64,000 nt of DNA from an uncultured Planctomycetota bacterium (lineage in GTDB: Bacteria; Planctomycetota; Planctomycetia; Isosphaerales; Isosphaeraceae): assembly GCA_963845755.1 (NCBI GenBank), contig CAWJTV010000038.1, positions 1 through 64,000 on the forward strand. Reading direction: 5' to 3'. Numbering within the stretch: position 1 is the first letter of the stretch; each line of letters starts with the position of its first letter. Made by a program: the position numbers and the translations under genes. Below the pieces are notes generated by a model that saw only the letters and a program-made list of their open reading frames with translations, was not told where the DNA came from and searched no databases. This document shows positions 19,791 to 31,870 of this stretch, one piece after another.

Positions 19791-19977
19791 GCATGAAACC
19801 CGACTCCCCATCCGTCGAGCCGGCACTGGCCTGGTCTCAGGGGATGGCCTCCTCGCGGTGGCGTTGAGTCAGCATCTCCCGACTTCGGCGGAGTTTACCT
19901 CTCTCGCACCCACTCCTCCTCTATTTATTGTGGTTCGAACCGCTGACCCCAGGGAGAACCAGGAACGGAGTTAGCTC

Positions 19978-20706
19978 ATGCGACCGCGCACCATCGCCAT
20001 CGGAGATATCCACGGTTGCTCGCGCGCTTTGGAAGCTCTGCTCGCGGCCATCGGCCCGCGCCCTGAAGATGTGATCGTCACGCTGGGCGACTACGTCAAT
20101 CGTGGCCCGGACACCCGGCACGTGCTCGATCGGCTGATCGCGCTGGAGGGCCATTGCACGCTGGTCCCGATCCTGGGCAATCACGATCAGATGTTCCTCC
20201 AGATCCTGCGGGATGCCCGTGCGTCGCTTGCCGGTGTGCCCTCGGAATGGTTGAGGGTGGAAGGTGTCCCCATGAACCTTTCGAACTGGCTGGAAATGGG
20301 CGGCGACGCCACGCTGGCATCGTACGGCATTTCACACGTCCGGCCGGACGCCACCGAGCTGGCGAAGGTCCCGGACGAGCACGTCGCCTTTCTCGCACGA
20401 TGTCGCGACTATTACGAGACCGAGACACACATCTTCGTCCACGGTCAGTACGAACCCGACATGCCGATGGAAGACCAGCCGTCCTATCTGCTGCGCTGGG
20501 AGTCGCTTCGCGAGGGCACTCCCGGGCCCCACGAATCCGGCAAGCGAGTGATCGTCGGACACACGTCGCAGAAATCGGGCGAGATCCTCGATTTGGGACA
20601 CCTGGTCTGCATCGACACGAATTGTCACGGCGGCGGCTGGCTGACGGCGCTGGAGGTCCACACCGAGGAGGTCTGGCAGGCGAATCGTGAGGGCGAGTTG
20701 CGTTGA
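19978..20706 (+). CDS. Metallophosphoesterase (PPP/PphA-like Ser/Thr phosphatase)
   Basis: GDIHG, GDYVNRG, GNHD, FVHG, GHT motifs. Confidence 0.93.
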   Translation: MRPRTIAIGDIHGCSRALEALLAAIGPRPEDVIVTLGDYVNRGPDTRHVLDRLIALEGHCTLVPILGNHDQMFLQILRDARASLAGVPSEWLRVEGVPMNLSNWLEMGGDATLASYGISHVRPDATELAKVPDEHVAFLARCRDYYETETHIFVHGQYEPDMPMEDQPSYLLRWESLREGTPGPHESGKRVIVGHTSQKSGEILDLGHLVCIDTNCHGGGWLTALEVHTEEVWQANREGELR

Positions 20707-20902
20707 CCGAACTCCGTGTAGAGTGGCACTCCTGCCCTCACGTTCCGCCTCGGTTCCCGATCTCAAGGATCCTTCCCGACCCGGCGGGACTCGCAACTTG
20801 CATCCTTCTACAGCCTGTAGTAACCTGACTGGGCCTGACCTTCGGACGAACAGCGGCGAGCCCTCGGACAATCCGGATCGGTTGACAACCAAGGAACATG
20901 CG

Positions 20903-23900
20903 ATGTCGCGACGACAGAGGAATCGTTGGTTTCATGCGGCTCTCACGATCGGCATGACCCTCATCCCGATCGGGGCTAACGCCCTGGACACGGCCGACAC
21001 CCGTCTCCTGTCCACCCCTGCGATTGCTGAGGGGAAGATCGCGTTCGCCTATGCGGGAGACATCTGGGTGGCCGATTCCGACGGCTCCAAGCCGAGGCGC
21101 GTCACGGCGCACGCGGGCGAGGAGGAGAACCCGCACTTCTCGCCGGATGGCAAGCACATCGCCTTCACGGCCAGCTACGACGGCAACGTGGACGTGTACG
21201 TCATCCCCACCGAGGGCGGCGAGCCGGTGCGATTGACCTGGCACCCGGGCGCGGATCTCGTCCGCGGCTTCACGCCCGACGGCAAGGTGCTGTTCAGCTC
21301 GCAGCGCGAGGTCTTCTCGCGACGGCATGCGCAGTTCTTCACGGTCCCCGTCGCGGGCGGTGTACCCGCTCGCCTGCCGATCCCGTCCGCCGACAAAGGG
21401 ACCATCTCTTCCGACGGCAGATACCTCGCGTATACGCCCCTGGGGGAGATGTTCCGCCAATGGAAGAACTACCGCGGCGGCACGGCCTCGCGAATCTGGG
21501 TCCTCAAGCTGGCCGACCTGTCGCACGAGGAGATCCCCAAGCCCGCCGGGGGCTGCAACGATACCGAGCCGATGTGGATCGGCGACACGGTTTACTTCCT
21601 CTCCGATCGAGACGGGGAGTTCAACCTCTACGCGTACGATCGGAACTCGAAGACCGTCACGCAATGCACCCACCACGACGGCTTCCCGATCGCCAGCGCC
21701 TCATCCGGCGCAGGCAAGGTGATCTACGAGCAGGCCGGATGGATTCATCGGTTCGACCCGCAGGAACGACAGTCGCATCGGCTCAAGATCGGGGTCGCCG
21801 CCGACCTGGCCGAGACCCGGCCTCGTTACGCCAGCGACTCCAAGCATCTGCGAGGCGTCGGGATCTCGCCTACCGGCAAGCGGATCGTGGTCGAGTATCG
21901 CGGCGAGATCATCACCGTACCGGCCAAGAAGGGCGACCCGCACAACCTCACCGAGGCGCCCGGCACGCACGAGCGCCACGCGATCTGGTCGCCGGACGGC
22001 AAGTCGATCGCATATTTCTCGGATGCCTCCGGCGAATATCAGTTGGTCGTCCGACCGCAGGACGGCAAGGGCACGAACCGGTCTTATCCCCTCAAGGGCT
22101 CCGGTTACTACGAGCGGCCGGTCTGGTCCCCTGACAGTAAGAAGATCGCCTTCATCGACAACTCCCGCACCATCTCCTGGATCGACCTGGCCACCGGCGC
22201 CGTCAAGCGGGTCGCCGCCGAGCCGATCTACGGGCCGAGCCGGGCCTCGCGCACGACCTACACCTGGTCGCCCGATTCGAAGTGGCTGGCCTACTCCCTC
22301 ACCAACCGCGCCGACTTTCAGGCAGTCTGGCTTTATGACCTCGAGTCGGACAAGTCCCACGCCTTGACCGACGGACTCGCCGAGACCGGCGAACCGGTCT
22401 TCGACCACGGCGGCAAGTACCTGTATTTCCTCGCCTCGACCGACGCCGGACCCGTCAACAACTGGTTCGACCAGTCGTTCACCGACATGCAGGCGACCAA
22501 TTCGGTCTACCTGGTCACGCTGGCCAAGGCGACGGCCAATCCTCTCCTGAAGGAGAGCGATGAAGAAGGGGCCTCGGAATCCGAAGACGGAAAGGACTCC
22601 AAGACTCCGGATTCGAAGGAGAAGAAGGAGGGGGAATCCAAGGACAAGAAGGACGCCGATTCAAAAACGAAGAAGGACGCTGATCCCAAGGACAAGAAAA
22701 GTGACAAAGCCAAGCCGGTCGTGATCGACCTGGAAGGGATTATGAGCCGGGTCGTGGCGTTGCCGATCGAGGCGGGGCGTATCGAGAGTTTGGGGGCCGG
22801 TGAGGAGGGTCAGCTTTACTACATCCGTCGAGTAGGGGCCCGGCCGGGCCAGGGTCCGGCCGCGCGCGGGAAGCCGTCGCTGATTCGCTTCGACCTGAAG
22901 AAACGCGAAGAGGAAACGCTCGCGGAGGGGGTCAACGATTATCAGGTTTCGGCCGACCACAAGAAGATTCTCTACGTCTCCGGCGATCCGCCATCGCCGT
23001 TCGGACCCCCCGCCGGGGCACTGGTCCTCGGTATCGTCAACGCGGGCAAGTTCAAGAAGGGGGATGGTACTCTCAATCTGGATGCGGTCTCGGTACGAGT
23101 CGAGCCGCGGATGGAATGGGCGCAGATGTTCCATGAAGCCTGGCGGATCAACCGCGACTTCTTCTACGCGCCGAACATGCACGGGGCCGATTGGGACGCC
23201 ATGCGGCGGAAGTACGAGGAATTCCTCCCCCACCTGGCAAGCCGGGAAGACTTGAACCGTGTGATCCGCATGATGCTCAGCGAGTTGTCGGTCGGCCACA
23301 GTTTCCTGGGCGGTGGCGAACACCTCTACGAGCCCAAGCCGATCCCCGTGGGCCTGCTCGGCGCCGACTATGAGGTCGCCGAGGGCCGGTTCCGATTCAA
23401 GACGATCTACGGCGGCGCCTACTGGGATCCGAGGCTTCGCGCCCCGCTGGGGGCTCCGGGGGTCAACGTCAAGCCGGGCGACTTCCTCCTGGCGGTTGAC
23501 GGCAAGGACGTCAAGGCCGATCACGAGGTATATCGGGCGTTCGAGGCGACCGCCGGCAAGCGGGTCGAGCTGAAGGTCGGGCCCAAGGCCGACGGCTCCG
23601 GATCGCGCACGGTCGTCGTCGAGCCGATCGCCGACGAGGGTGCGCTCCGCAACCGGGCCTGGGTCGAGGGGAACCTCCGCAAGGTCCACGATCGGACCAA
23701 GGGTCGCGTCGCGTATGTCTACGTGCCCAACACGGCGGGATCCGGCTATGAATACTTCAAGCGGTACTTCTTCCCACAGGGTAACAAGGATGCGATCATC
23801 GTCGATGAGCGGTTCAACGGCGGCGGACAGGTAGCCGACTATTACATCGAGCTGCTCCGCCGGCCCCTGGTCAGCTACTGGGCGACCCGGTACGGCGAAA

Positions 23901-24334
23901 CGCTCCGAACGCCCAACGCGGCCATCTTCGGCCCCAAGGTCATGATCGTCAACGAGACAGCCGGCTCGGGCGGCGACCTGCTCCCGTGGATGTTTCGCAA
24001 GTTCGCCCTGGGCAAACTGGTCGGCAAGAGGACCTGGGGCGGGCTGGTAGGCATCCTCGGGTTCCCGACCTTGATGGACGGGGGCGCCGTCACGGCGCCC
24101 GACCTGGCCATCTTCACCGAGGACGGCTGGGTCGTCGAGAACGCAGGCGTCGCGCCGGACGTCAACGTCGAGCAAGACCCGGCCGCCGTGGCCGCGGGCA
24201 AGGACCCGCAGCTCGATCGGGCCATTGAGATCGTCCTCAAAGAGCTGGCCGAGAACCCGCCGCCGAAGCCGCCGGCCCGGCCGCCGTTCCCGGTCCGCGT
24301 GCGGACTCCCGACCGGGCCGCCGCCGCGCGGTAA
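20903..24334 (+). CDS. Tricorn protease-like S41 peptidase with beta-propellers and PDZ
   Basis: Signal peptide; PD40 repeats; RNRAWVEGN, DERFNGGG, ETAGSGGD, GKRTWGGLVG, DPQLDRAI. Confidence 0.96.
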   Translation: MSRRQRNRWFHAALTIGMTLIPIGANALDTADTRLLSTPAIAEGKIAFAYAGDIWVADSDGSKPRRVTAHAGEEENPHFSPDGKHIAFTASYDGNVDVYVIPTEGGEPVRLTWHPGADLVRGFTPDGKVLFSSQREVFSRRHAQFFTVPVAGGVPARLPIPSADKGTISSDGRYLAYTPLGEMFRQWKNYRGGTASRIWVLKLADLSHEEIPKPAGGCNDTEPMWIGDTVYFLSDRDGEFNLYAYDRNSKTVTQCTHHDGFPIASASSGAGKVIYEQAGWIHRFDPQERQSHRLKIGVAADLAETRPRYASDSKHLRGVGISPTGKRIVVEYRGEIITVPAKKGDPHNLTEAPGTHERHAIWSPDGKSIAYFSDASGEYQLVVRPQDGKGTNRSYPLKGSGYYERPVWSPDSKKIAFIDNSRTISWIDLATGAVKRVAAEPIYGPSRASRTTYTWSPDSKWLAYSLTNRADFQAVWLYDLESDKSHALTDGLAETGEPVFDHGGKYLYFLASTDAGPVNNWFDQSFTDMQATNSVYLVTLAKATANPLLKESDEEGASESEDGKDSKTPDSKEKKEGESKDKKDADSKTKKDADPKDKKSDKAKPVVIDLEGIMSRVVALPIEAGRIESLGAGEEGQLYYIRRVGARPGQGPAARGKPSLIRFDLKKREEETLAEGVNDYQVSADHKKILYVSGDPPSPFGPPAGALVLGIVNAGKFKKGDGTLNLDAVSVRVEPRMEWAQMFHEAWRINRDFFYAPNMHGADWDAMRRKYEEFLPHLASREDLNRVIRMMLSELSVGHSFLGGGEHLYEPKPIPVGLLGADYEVAEGRFRFKTIYGGAYWDPRLRAPLGAPGVNVKPGDFLLAVDGKDVKADHEVYRAFEATAGKRVELKVGPKADGSGSRTVVVEPIADEGALRNRAWVEGNLRKVHDRTKGRVAYVYVPNTAGSGYEYFKRYFFPQGNKDAIIVDERFNGGGQVADYYIELLRRPLVSYWATRYGETLRTPNAAIFGPKVMIVNETAGSGGDLLPWMFRKFALGKLVGKRTWGGLVGILGFPTLMDGGAVTAPDLAIFTEDGWVVENAGVAPDVNVEQDPAAVAAGKDPQLDRAIEIVLKELAENPPPKPPARPPFPVRVRTPDRAAAAR

Positions 24335-24385
24335 GCATTGGTGGGTTTCACTCGGCCTATCGGCCTCTCGAACGGTCTGCAACGA

Positions 24386-24697
24386 TCACATTCTCATGGG
24401 ATCCTCGATCCAGCTCTGGTAGCATGAGATGCAGAGATGTAAGATCTCTCGGCGATAGACCTGATCTCGGGCTTGCTGGGCGTCGAGCCCGCTCGCTTGG
24501 GCGATGAGGCGGCGGATCTCGGCGCCAACGTCGAGGGCGAGGTCCTCCGCGGTAAAGACCGGCGGCCACGGGTCGGCGACTCCGAGGATCGAAACCACAT
24601 AAAGGTCGCCCCGGCCGGGATGGAGTTCCCGACCACAGCGACGGCACTCCAGACGCGGCGGCCCGGCATCGTTCGCCGGTGGCGGATCGGTCGTCAT
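24386..24697 (-). CDS. Small CxxC...CxxC hypothetical protein
   Basis: CRRCGREL...YVVSI..VADP...LCISCYQSWIEDP. Confidence 0.7.
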   Translation of the reverse strand: MTTDPPPANDAGPPRLECRRCGRELHPGRGDLYVVSILGVADPWPPVFTAEDLALDVGAEIRRLIAQASGLDAQQARDQVYRREILHLCISCYQSWIEDPMRM

Positions 24698-24895
24698 GGT
24701 GGGGTCTCGTGTTGAGATGGGTGAGCCGAGGAACGGGACGAATGGACGATGATGGATGCGTGTCAGGTGGATGACCCCTGGAGGTAAGGGGCTTGCCTCT
24801 GATACGATAATCCCGGTGGTGAGCGAGAAACCATCGCGTCCGGGGATTTCGTTTTCCGATGGCCGGCGCGGCGGCTCGACGAGGGGGGGATCTCG

Positions 24896-25420
24896 GTGCA
24901 GGCGGCCAAGTTGGCAATCTTCTTGAGCCTGGCTGTGGCGACGGCCCTGGGCTCCTGGTACTTGCGCGTGCGGATCCCGGAAAGCCAGTGGCGCGGGCCG
25001 CATGAGGCGGGCCGGGTCTCCATGAGTCGTGGACAGTTTGGCGAGGCCGAACGTGAGTTCGCGACCGCCGTCGAGCTGGCCAAGGCGCTGGGCGAGAACG
25101 ATCCCCGCGAGGCGCTCTCGCTGTTCCACCAGGCAGACGCCCTGGTCGCGCAGAATCGGTTCGACGACGCGATTCCTCTGTTTGAACGCGCCCTGGCGAT
25201 CGATGAGAAGGCCCTCGGACCCGATCACCCGGATGTCGCCCCGGTGCTCGAACATTACGCCGTGCCCCTCCGCCGGATGGGCCGGACCGCCCAGGCCGAG
25301 GCCGCCGAGGACCGTGTGCGGAACATCCGCGACCGATCCGCCCGCGGGAGGAGAAGCGGTGCGGATCGGAAGTGGAGACGGGAAGGCGGGTCGGGAGGAG
25401 ACAAGATTGGGGCCGGCTAA
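24896..25420 (+). CDS. Tetratricopeptide repeat protein with N-terminal membrane anchor
   Basis: RALAIDEKALGPDHPDVA (TPR_12-like); hydrophobic N-terminus. Confidence 0.8.
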   Translation: MQAAKLAIFLSLAVATALGSWYLRVRIPESQWRGPHEAGRVSMSRGQFGEAEREFATAVELAKALGENDPREALSLFHQADALVAQNRFDDAIPLFERALAIDEKALGPDHPDVAPVLEHYAVPLRRMGRTAQAEAAEDRVRNIRDRSARGRRSGADRKWRREGGSGGDKIGAG

Positions 25421-25629
25421 GAAGAGCATGTGAAGGGATCGGATCCAGGATACCAAATTCAATATTCAATCAACGTAATACCCTACGCAGGGATGACTTA
25501 CATCCACTTAGAATCTTGAATTTGTGATTTCGAATCGATTCTTCCACCGCTGCATGTCGATCCGGGCGCTGCCGCCGGATTCTCTCCCGGTATCAACTCC
25601 GGTCGCGTTCCCGGTCACCCGGGTCCTCT

Positions 25630-26259
25630 TCACGTCGCGGTAGGGTTGGCGCCCTGGATGCGCCGGACCGTGACGAGCCAGGCCCTGGGACCGCCGAGGC
25701 TGAATCGGGGCGCACCAGCAAACTCGGCCGCCTTGAAGCGCGTCTCGCGGATCGCCTCGACATCCCAACCGTCGTGGAAAGTGGAGCGGATCTCCTGCTG
25801 GGTCACGCGGCGTGGCCCCTCGCCCGGAGGCTCCTGGTCGCTGAAGCAGAGGAGATGAACCGCGCCGCCGGGCGCGACCACTCGCGCCAGGCCCTGCACG
25901 TACGTCTGACGCTCTTCGTCGCCGAACGTGTGGAACAGCCCGCAGTCGATCACCGTATCGAAAGTCTGGTTGAGCTCATCGAGTTTCAGCGCATCGCCGA
26001 TCTGGAATTGGACAGGAAGCCCGCGTTGCTGGGCCTTGTCCCGCGCCCGCTCGATGGCCGTCGCTATGAAGTCGATGCCCCTGACCTCATGCCCCTGTTC
26101 GGCCAGGTAGAGAGCGTTCTCGCCGGTGCCGCAGCCGATGTCGAGCACCTTGCCCTCGATCGCCCCCGACTCGGCCAGCCGCACGATTTCTGGCTGCGGC
26201 TCGCCGATATCCCAAGGCGCCTCACCCTGATAGGCTTTTTCGAAGACGTCGAGGTTCAT
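25630..26259 (-). CDS. Class I SAM-dependent methyltransferase
   Basis: APWDIGEPQP, VLDIGCGTG, FDTVIDCGLFH. Confidence 0.92.
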   Translation of the reverse strand: MNLDVFEKAYQGEAPWDIGEPQPEIVRLAESGAIEGKVLDIGCGTGENALYLAEQGHEVRGIDFIATAIERARDKAQQRGLPVQFQIGDALKLDELNQTFDTVIDCGLFHTFGDEERQTYVQGLARVVAPGGAVHLLCFSDQEPPGEGPRRVTQQEIRSTFHDGWDVEAIRETRFKAAEFAGAPRFSLGGPRAWLVTVRRIQGANPTAT

Positions 26260-26394
26260 TGCGGGGCCCTCCGATTCGGGAGTCAGGGCTGGAGATTGGA
26301 CGGGTTCCACGTTATGGTCGGCCGGTCTGACCTTCAGGATACCCGGACGACCGCAGGTCGCCCAATGCCAGAACTCCGTCGCTTGGTGTTCGCC

Positions 26395-27105
26395 ATGACC
26401 GCTCGTGAGATCCAGGAACGATTGCGCGGGCTGGGCAGTCCCGAGGCTGCCGCGATGGCCGCTCGCTTCTTCAAGACCGGGCCGGGCCAGTACGGCGAGG
26501 GCGACATCTTCCTGGGACTTCGGGCCGCAGAGATGCACCGTCTGGCCAAGGAATTCCACGCGCTGGCGCTCGACGAGCTGCGAATCCTGCTCCAGTCCGA
26601 GGTCCACGAGGATCGCATGCTCGCGCTGTTGATCATGGTCCGCCGCGTCCGGAAGGCCGATGAAGCCGCCCGGAAGGCGGTCTACGATCTCTACCTCGCC
26701 AGCACGCGGCACGTCAACAACTGGGATCTCGTCGACGCCTCGGCGAGGGAGATCGTCGGCGGCTACCTGGCCGACAAGGGCCGCGAACTGCTGGACCGGC
26801 TGGCGGCCTCGCCCAGCCTGTGGGAGCGTCGAATCAGCATCGTCGCCACCCATTATTTCATCCGTCAGCAAGACTTCGCGGACACGATCCGGATCGCCGA
26901 GCGGCTCCTGGCCGACCGTGAAGACCTGATCCACAAGGCGGTCGGATGGATGCTCCGCGAGGTCGGCAAGAAGCATCAGCCGACCCTCGAAACGTTCCTG
27001 AACCGCCACGGCAAGGTGATGCCGCGGACCGCGTTGCGATACGCGATCGAACGGTTCCCTGTTGATTTGCGGCGGGCCTACCTCGACGGATCCGCCTGCC
27101 TGTAG
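26395..27105 (+). CDS. DNA alkylation repair protein (AlkD-like)
   Basis: RFFKTGPGQYGEGD, NNWDLVD, DLIHKAVGWMLREVGK, MPRTALRYAIE. Confidence 0.93.
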   Translation: MTAREIQERLRGLGSPEAAAMAARFFKTGPGQYGEGDIFLGLRAAEMHRLAKEFHALALDELRILLQSEVHEDRMLALLIMVRRVRKADEAARKAVYDLYLASTRHVNNWDLVDASAREIVGGYLADKGRELLDRLAASPSLWERRISIVATHYFIRQQDFADTIRIAERLLADREDLIHKAVGWMLREVGKKHQPTLETFLNRHGKVMPRTALRYAIERFPVDLRRAYLDGSACL

Positions 27106-27109
27106 CCGC

Positions 27110-27577
27110 CTACTTGGCGTGCGACTTCTCGCGGATGAACGTCCGGAGGGTGCAACCGCTCCCCTTCTCGGCCTTGAACTCCTTGGGCCGGGGATTCTCG
27201 GGCGACGCCATGCAGATCGTGAGCTTGTCCTTCTCGACCTTGTAGATGCCCAGGACGCGCTTGTCGCGGTTGGGTCCGCCATCGGGAATCACATCGATCG
27301 CCTTCGGCTCCCGGGTCGGGTCGAGCACGATCTTCGTTCCCGCGAAGCTCTTACCGCTGCGCTTCCAGACCACGTGGTCGCCCTCGACGATTCGCTGGAT
27401 CGTGAGGGCCAACGGGTCGGGAAACGTCTGTCCCTCGTAGATCGAGGAGGTCACGGTCCAGGTGCCCCGTTGCGTCTTCAACGCATCCTCGACCGCCTTG
27501 TCATCGGCGAGGACGGGTATACCACGAACGAGTACAAGAAGTCCCAGGGCCAGCAAAACGACGCGCCTCGAATTCAT
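27110..27577 (-). CDS. TIGR03067 domain protein
   Basis: Signal peptide; GTWTV, LDPTREPKAID, GIYKVEKDKLTIC, RPKEF. Confidence 0.9.
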   Translation of the reverse strand: MNSRRVVLLALGLLVLVRGIPVLADDKAVEDALKTQRGTWTVTSSIYEGQTFPDPLALTIQRIVEGDHVVWKRSGKSFAGTKIVLDPTREPKAIDVIPDGGPNRDKRVLGIYKVEKDKLTICMASPENPRPKEFKAEKGSGCTLRTFIREKSHAK

Positions 27578-27675
27578 GTGCGGGGGCCTCACCCGGACAG
27601 GAGCGGGGTCGTGGACCGCCGAGAGATACGGGATTGCGCCGTGTCCCTCGGCGGCCCTGGGGCCGGAATCGAGCC

Positions 27676-29151
27676 TCAGGCGAATAGCCGGGTGACGGCG
27701 TCGGCCTTGACCAGCTCGCGGGGCTGATTGAGGTGGTTCATGACCATCGTGGCCGGGTCGATGCCGAAGCCGTGGTAGATCGAGGCCAGCAGCTCTCCGG
27801 GGTGAACCGGGTCAACCAGCGGGGCCGAGCCGGTCTTGTCGGACTTGCCATGGACATGGCCGCGGCGCATCCCGGCGCCGGCGAGGACGGCCGTGTAGCA
27901 ATACGGCCAGTGGTCGCGGCCGTCGGGGCTGTTGCCGTTGCCTGAGGTGCTGACACCCTTCTGGGGACTGCGACCGAATTCGCCGACCGCGACGACCAGA
28001 GTCTCTTTGAGCAGCCCGCGATCGTCTAGGTCGGTCAGGAGTCCCGCCAGGCCCTGGTCGAGCATCGGGCCGGACCGGTCGCGCATCCGGTTGGTCAGGT
28101 CGGTGTGGTGGTCCCACGAGTGGTTGTCGGAGTTGGCGACCTTGGGCCAGATGACCTCGACGACCTTGGTCCCGGCCTCGACCAGCCGGCGAGCCAGCAG
28201 CAAGCTCTGACCGAAGGTGTTCCGGCCATAAAGGTCGCGCGTCGGAGGCGACTCGGCCTGGATGTTGAACGCCTCGCGAGCCCGTCCCGAGACGATCAAG
28301 CTCAGCGCGCGGTCATAATACTCGTTGAGCTTGAAGTCGGCGACGGCGTGGTCGATCTCCTGCATCCCCGCGTTGAGGGCGTCGCGGAGCTTGGCTCGCC
28401 GCTGGAGTCGCAAAGCGAAGACCTCGGGCCGGAGCTTCAGGTCGTCGACCTTGATCCGGTCCATCTTGACCATGTCCATGTCGTCGCCTTCGGGGAACAG
28501 GGTATACGGGTCGTACGCCTTGCCGAGGAAGCCCGCCGTCCCTCCCTTGCCGACCACGTTGCTTTCCTGGAGCGGTCTCGGCAGCATCACGAACGGCAGC
28601 ATCGGCACATTCTGCGGCCGGAGCCGGATGATCTGCGAGCCGAAGTTCGGGAAATCTTTCGGGCTCGGCGGTTCGAGCTGGCCCGACGGGCTGACCTTGT
28701 CGGTCGTATAGCCGGTCATCATCTGGTAGATCGCCGCGGTGTGGTTGAACAGACCATTGGGCGTGTAGCTCATCGAGCGGACGAACGTGAACTTGTCGGT
28801 GATCTGCGCCAGCCGCGGCAGGACCTCGGTTACCTGGATGCCGGGAACCTTGGTCGCGATCGGCTTGAAGACGCTCCGCACGTTGTCGGGGACGTTCTCC
28901 TTGGGGTCCCAGAGGTCGAGGTGGCTGGGACCGCCCTGGAGATAGACCATGATGATGCTCTTGGCTTTGCCCCAGCCGGGTCCCCGACTGGCCTCCGCAC
29001 CCTGGGCCGACCTCGCCTGGAGCTCCAGCAACGAACCCAGGCTCAGGCCCAGCAGGCCCGAGCCGCCAACTCGCAGGATATCACGCCGCGTGACGCCCAG
29101 CTCCGGATCGCACAGGTCTTTCCCAGCTCGTCCCGGTACGATGATCATCAT
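27676..29151 (-). CDS. DUF1501 domain protein
   Basis: [41 protein letters not shown]. Confidence 0.93.
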   Translation of the reverse strand: MMIIVPGRAGKDLCDPELGVTRRDILRVGGSGLLGLSLGSLLELQARSAQGAEASRGPGWGKAKSIIMVYLQGGPSHLDLWDPKENVPDNVRSVFKPIATKVPGIQVTEVLPRLAQITDKFTFVRSMSYTPNGLFNHTAAIYQMMTGYTTDKVSPSGQLEPPSPKDFPNFGSQIIRLRPQNVPMLPFVMLPRPLQESNVVGKGGTAGFLGKAYDPYTLFPEGDDMDMVKMDRIKVDDLKLRPEVFALRLQRRAKLRDALNAGMQEIDHAVADFKLNEYYDRALSLIVSGRAREAFNIQAESPPTRDLYGRNTFGQSLLLARRLVEAGTKVVEVIWPKVANSDNHSWDHHTDLTNRMRDRSGPMLDQGLAGLLTDLDDRGLLKETLVVAVGEFGRSPQKGVSTSGNGNSPDGRDHWPYCYTAVLAGAGMRRGHVHGKSDKTGSAPLVDPVHPGELLASIYHGFGIDPATMVMNHLNQPRELVKADAVTRLFA

Positions 29152-29456
29152 CTCGCTCCCTGGTCTGGTCACCCACGTGGTCTCGGTCAAGTCCGTCCCG
29201 CGCAGCTCCGCGCACATGTCAAACAAATATTGTATCGCGTCGTACGGGTCGTGTCCTGCGGAAAATGCTTTTTTTTTCGAAGACCGTCGAACGGTCAATA
29301 TCTATCCAGATGTTCCGCTGTATGTGGAGGTGACAATCAGGACAGTCCGATCAGATCGCGCAGAAGTTCGCGGTAAATCCAGGCGTCGGCAGCTCGGGCT
29401 TGTTCTCCGCGAACATCTGGCCAACGGAGGTTGTGGCTTCTCGCGGGCCAGCCGGA

Positions 29457-31463
29457 CTATACTTCGGACTTCAACTCGACCCCATGGCGCTCGAAGGCGC
29501 GGAACAGGGGCTGGAGGCTCGGTTCGTAGTTCCTCCAGCGACCCACGGAGTGAGAGTGAATGGGCTGGCGGACCTGCACCAGGCTCGGTGTTCGGATGAC
29601 GCGACGGGTCAAGTGGAATTCGAGGCAAGCCGGGTCCCAGTCCATACCGATGTAATCCAGCAGTCAACGCGCGTGTCCTTCCAGGTCGTCGACCAGGTCC
29701 TCATAACGGACGTCGATCCAGGGGACGGCCTGGATCCGTCTCCAGTGCGCGACGATCCGTTGATAATCGGCGAACCGCCGCGCGATGTGGTCCCAGGACT
29801 TGCTCCAGGTCATCGCGAAACCGTTCAACCAGCAAGAGACCGCGATGTCGCGCAGGTCTCGGCGGCACACGATCACCCGGGCACCGGGCCAGAGCAAGGC
29901 GATCAGGCCGAGGAACCGGATGTTGTCGGGCATCTTGTCGATGACGCGAGTGGATGTGGCGGGGGCGAGCGCGTCCAGTCGTTCGAGATAGATTCGGGCT
30001 GCGGCGTTCGCCGAAACTGGACCGAGGCAATTTAAGGCATCGAACGAGTCGCCGGCGGTGAGACCGACGAGATCGGGCAGCGATTGGAAGATCTGGCCGA
30101 CATCGCGCAGCTCTCCCGCGCCGTGGATCCCGGGATGAGAGGCGAGGATCTGTTCGACGAGCGTGGTCCCCGAGCGCGGCAAACCGACGACGAAGACCGG
30201 GCGCGGCTCAGGCTCGACCCAGTTACGGCCGCGAGCGAACAGGTCCGGATCGAATGCAGCGATCATCCTGTCGACGAACCCGGAGTCCGCCTCGGGATCA
30301 TGGGACCGGCCCAGCGCGGCCAGCACATTGTGCTGCAAGGCATTGGCCGTTTCGAGGTGCGCCGAAGGCCGGATCGTAGAGCCTCCGTTCATCCATGACG
30401 GCCGCCAGGCCGTACCGCAGGAAAGCCTTGGCCGCGTCGGGTAAGGATTCGTCGGCGACCAGATTCTCGATGGCCTGGACCTCGGCTTCGGAGAGCCGGC
30501 CTCTGAGGGTGGTAGCCAGTCGCCAGTGTGCCTCCGCCAGCTTGGGATTCACGGCCAGCGCCGCGCGGGCCGACTCACAGGACTGCTCGATCTCCCCGCG
30601 CCTCCGATTGGAGCTGCGACAAGCCCACCCAGGACGTGGCCATCGTGGGGTTGACGGAGAGGGCCGCGCGGAAACAGGCCTCGGCCTCGTCGTGCCGGCT
30701 CTGCCGCAACAGGGCCAGACCCTGCTGGAAGGAGGACCTGGAGGAACCGGGGTCGGCCGGCTGGCTACTCGCCATGGCGGGGTCAAGGCGACGCTGAAGC
30801 CGCAGCACATTCTCCCGGGCCTGGATCGCCTGCGGAAGCCGAGGCGCCAGCTCCACGGCACGACGGCTGGCGGCTTCGGCGTCATTCAAGAACCGGGGAT
30901 CATCCACCTCGCACAGCACGTTCGCCAGGTTGATCAGCGCCAGCAGGTTGTTCGGCTCGATGCGTAAGGCCACCCGATGCGCCTCGGCTGCTTCATGGCC
31001 GCGCTCGAGGGCCTGGAGCGAACGACCCAGTTGGAGGAACGTCTCCGCAAAGCCGGGCCGGAACCGGATCGCCTCCCGATAGGCGACCTCGGCCGCGCCG
31101 TATCGACGTTGATCGAACGCCAGCGAGCCCAGGCTGTGCCAGGCTGGCCCACAGGTGGGATCGGCTTTCACGGCCTGGCGAAGATGTTCCCGAGCCTCGT
31201 CGAGCCGACCGAGGATTTCGAAGGGCTTCCCCCAGGTTCGCACGCAACTGGGCCGACTCCGGCCGGATCGCCACCGCACGAGTGAACAAGGACGCGGCCT
31301 CCTGCGCGCGGCCCTGCTGGAGAACCAAAACGCCCAGTCCCTCGAGGGCTCCTATGGCGTCCGGCTGCGGTTGCAGTAGCGCGCGGTAGAGGGCCTCGGC
31401 CTCGGCTGTACGCCCCTGACGTTGGAGCGTCTGAGCCTCTTCGATCGCGTGATTGGTGACCAT
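29457..31463 (-). CDS. TPR-repeat sulfotransferase family protein, several frameshifts
   Basis: TPR repeats spread over ORFs 30993, 30575, 30298; PVFVVGLPRSGTTLVEQILASHP, IDKMPDN, RYEDLV, TPSLVQVRQPI...SVGRWRNY. Confidence 0.88.
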
Positions 31464-31870
31464 TCGAACTTTCTCGACGGGGGAAGCCCAGGCATCGGCG
31501 ATCGGTATCTTACCGAATCGGAGCCAAGGGGTGAACGCCACCACCGTGCCAACCTGACTCCCGCCGCCGAAACCGGCGCCGATCCGGCTGGCCCCGTCAC
31601 AGCTCCCCGCGACTCGGTGTGGATCGCGAGCTTTTCCCCCGAGTTCATGACATATGATGACTCAGGGCCTCGGGATGGAGGCCCGAGGCGAACCCGGCCA
31701 TCATCGTACGTGTCGGCGTGGGAAGCACTGCCGGGTCAATTGACCGTATCGGGGCAAGGAGATGATGATGAACCAGAGATTGTCGGTTTTCCGCCTCGGT
31801 AGGGTGCGGTTCTCTGGACCCGCCCTGAGCGCGGCCGAAGGTCTTTCGAGACCAAGGGTGCGAGGTGAGT

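Noticed and set aside
22550..22710. Lys/Asp/Glu-rich repeat in tricorn protease
   Set aside because: Low-complexity linker commonly seen at this position in bacterial tricorn homologs.
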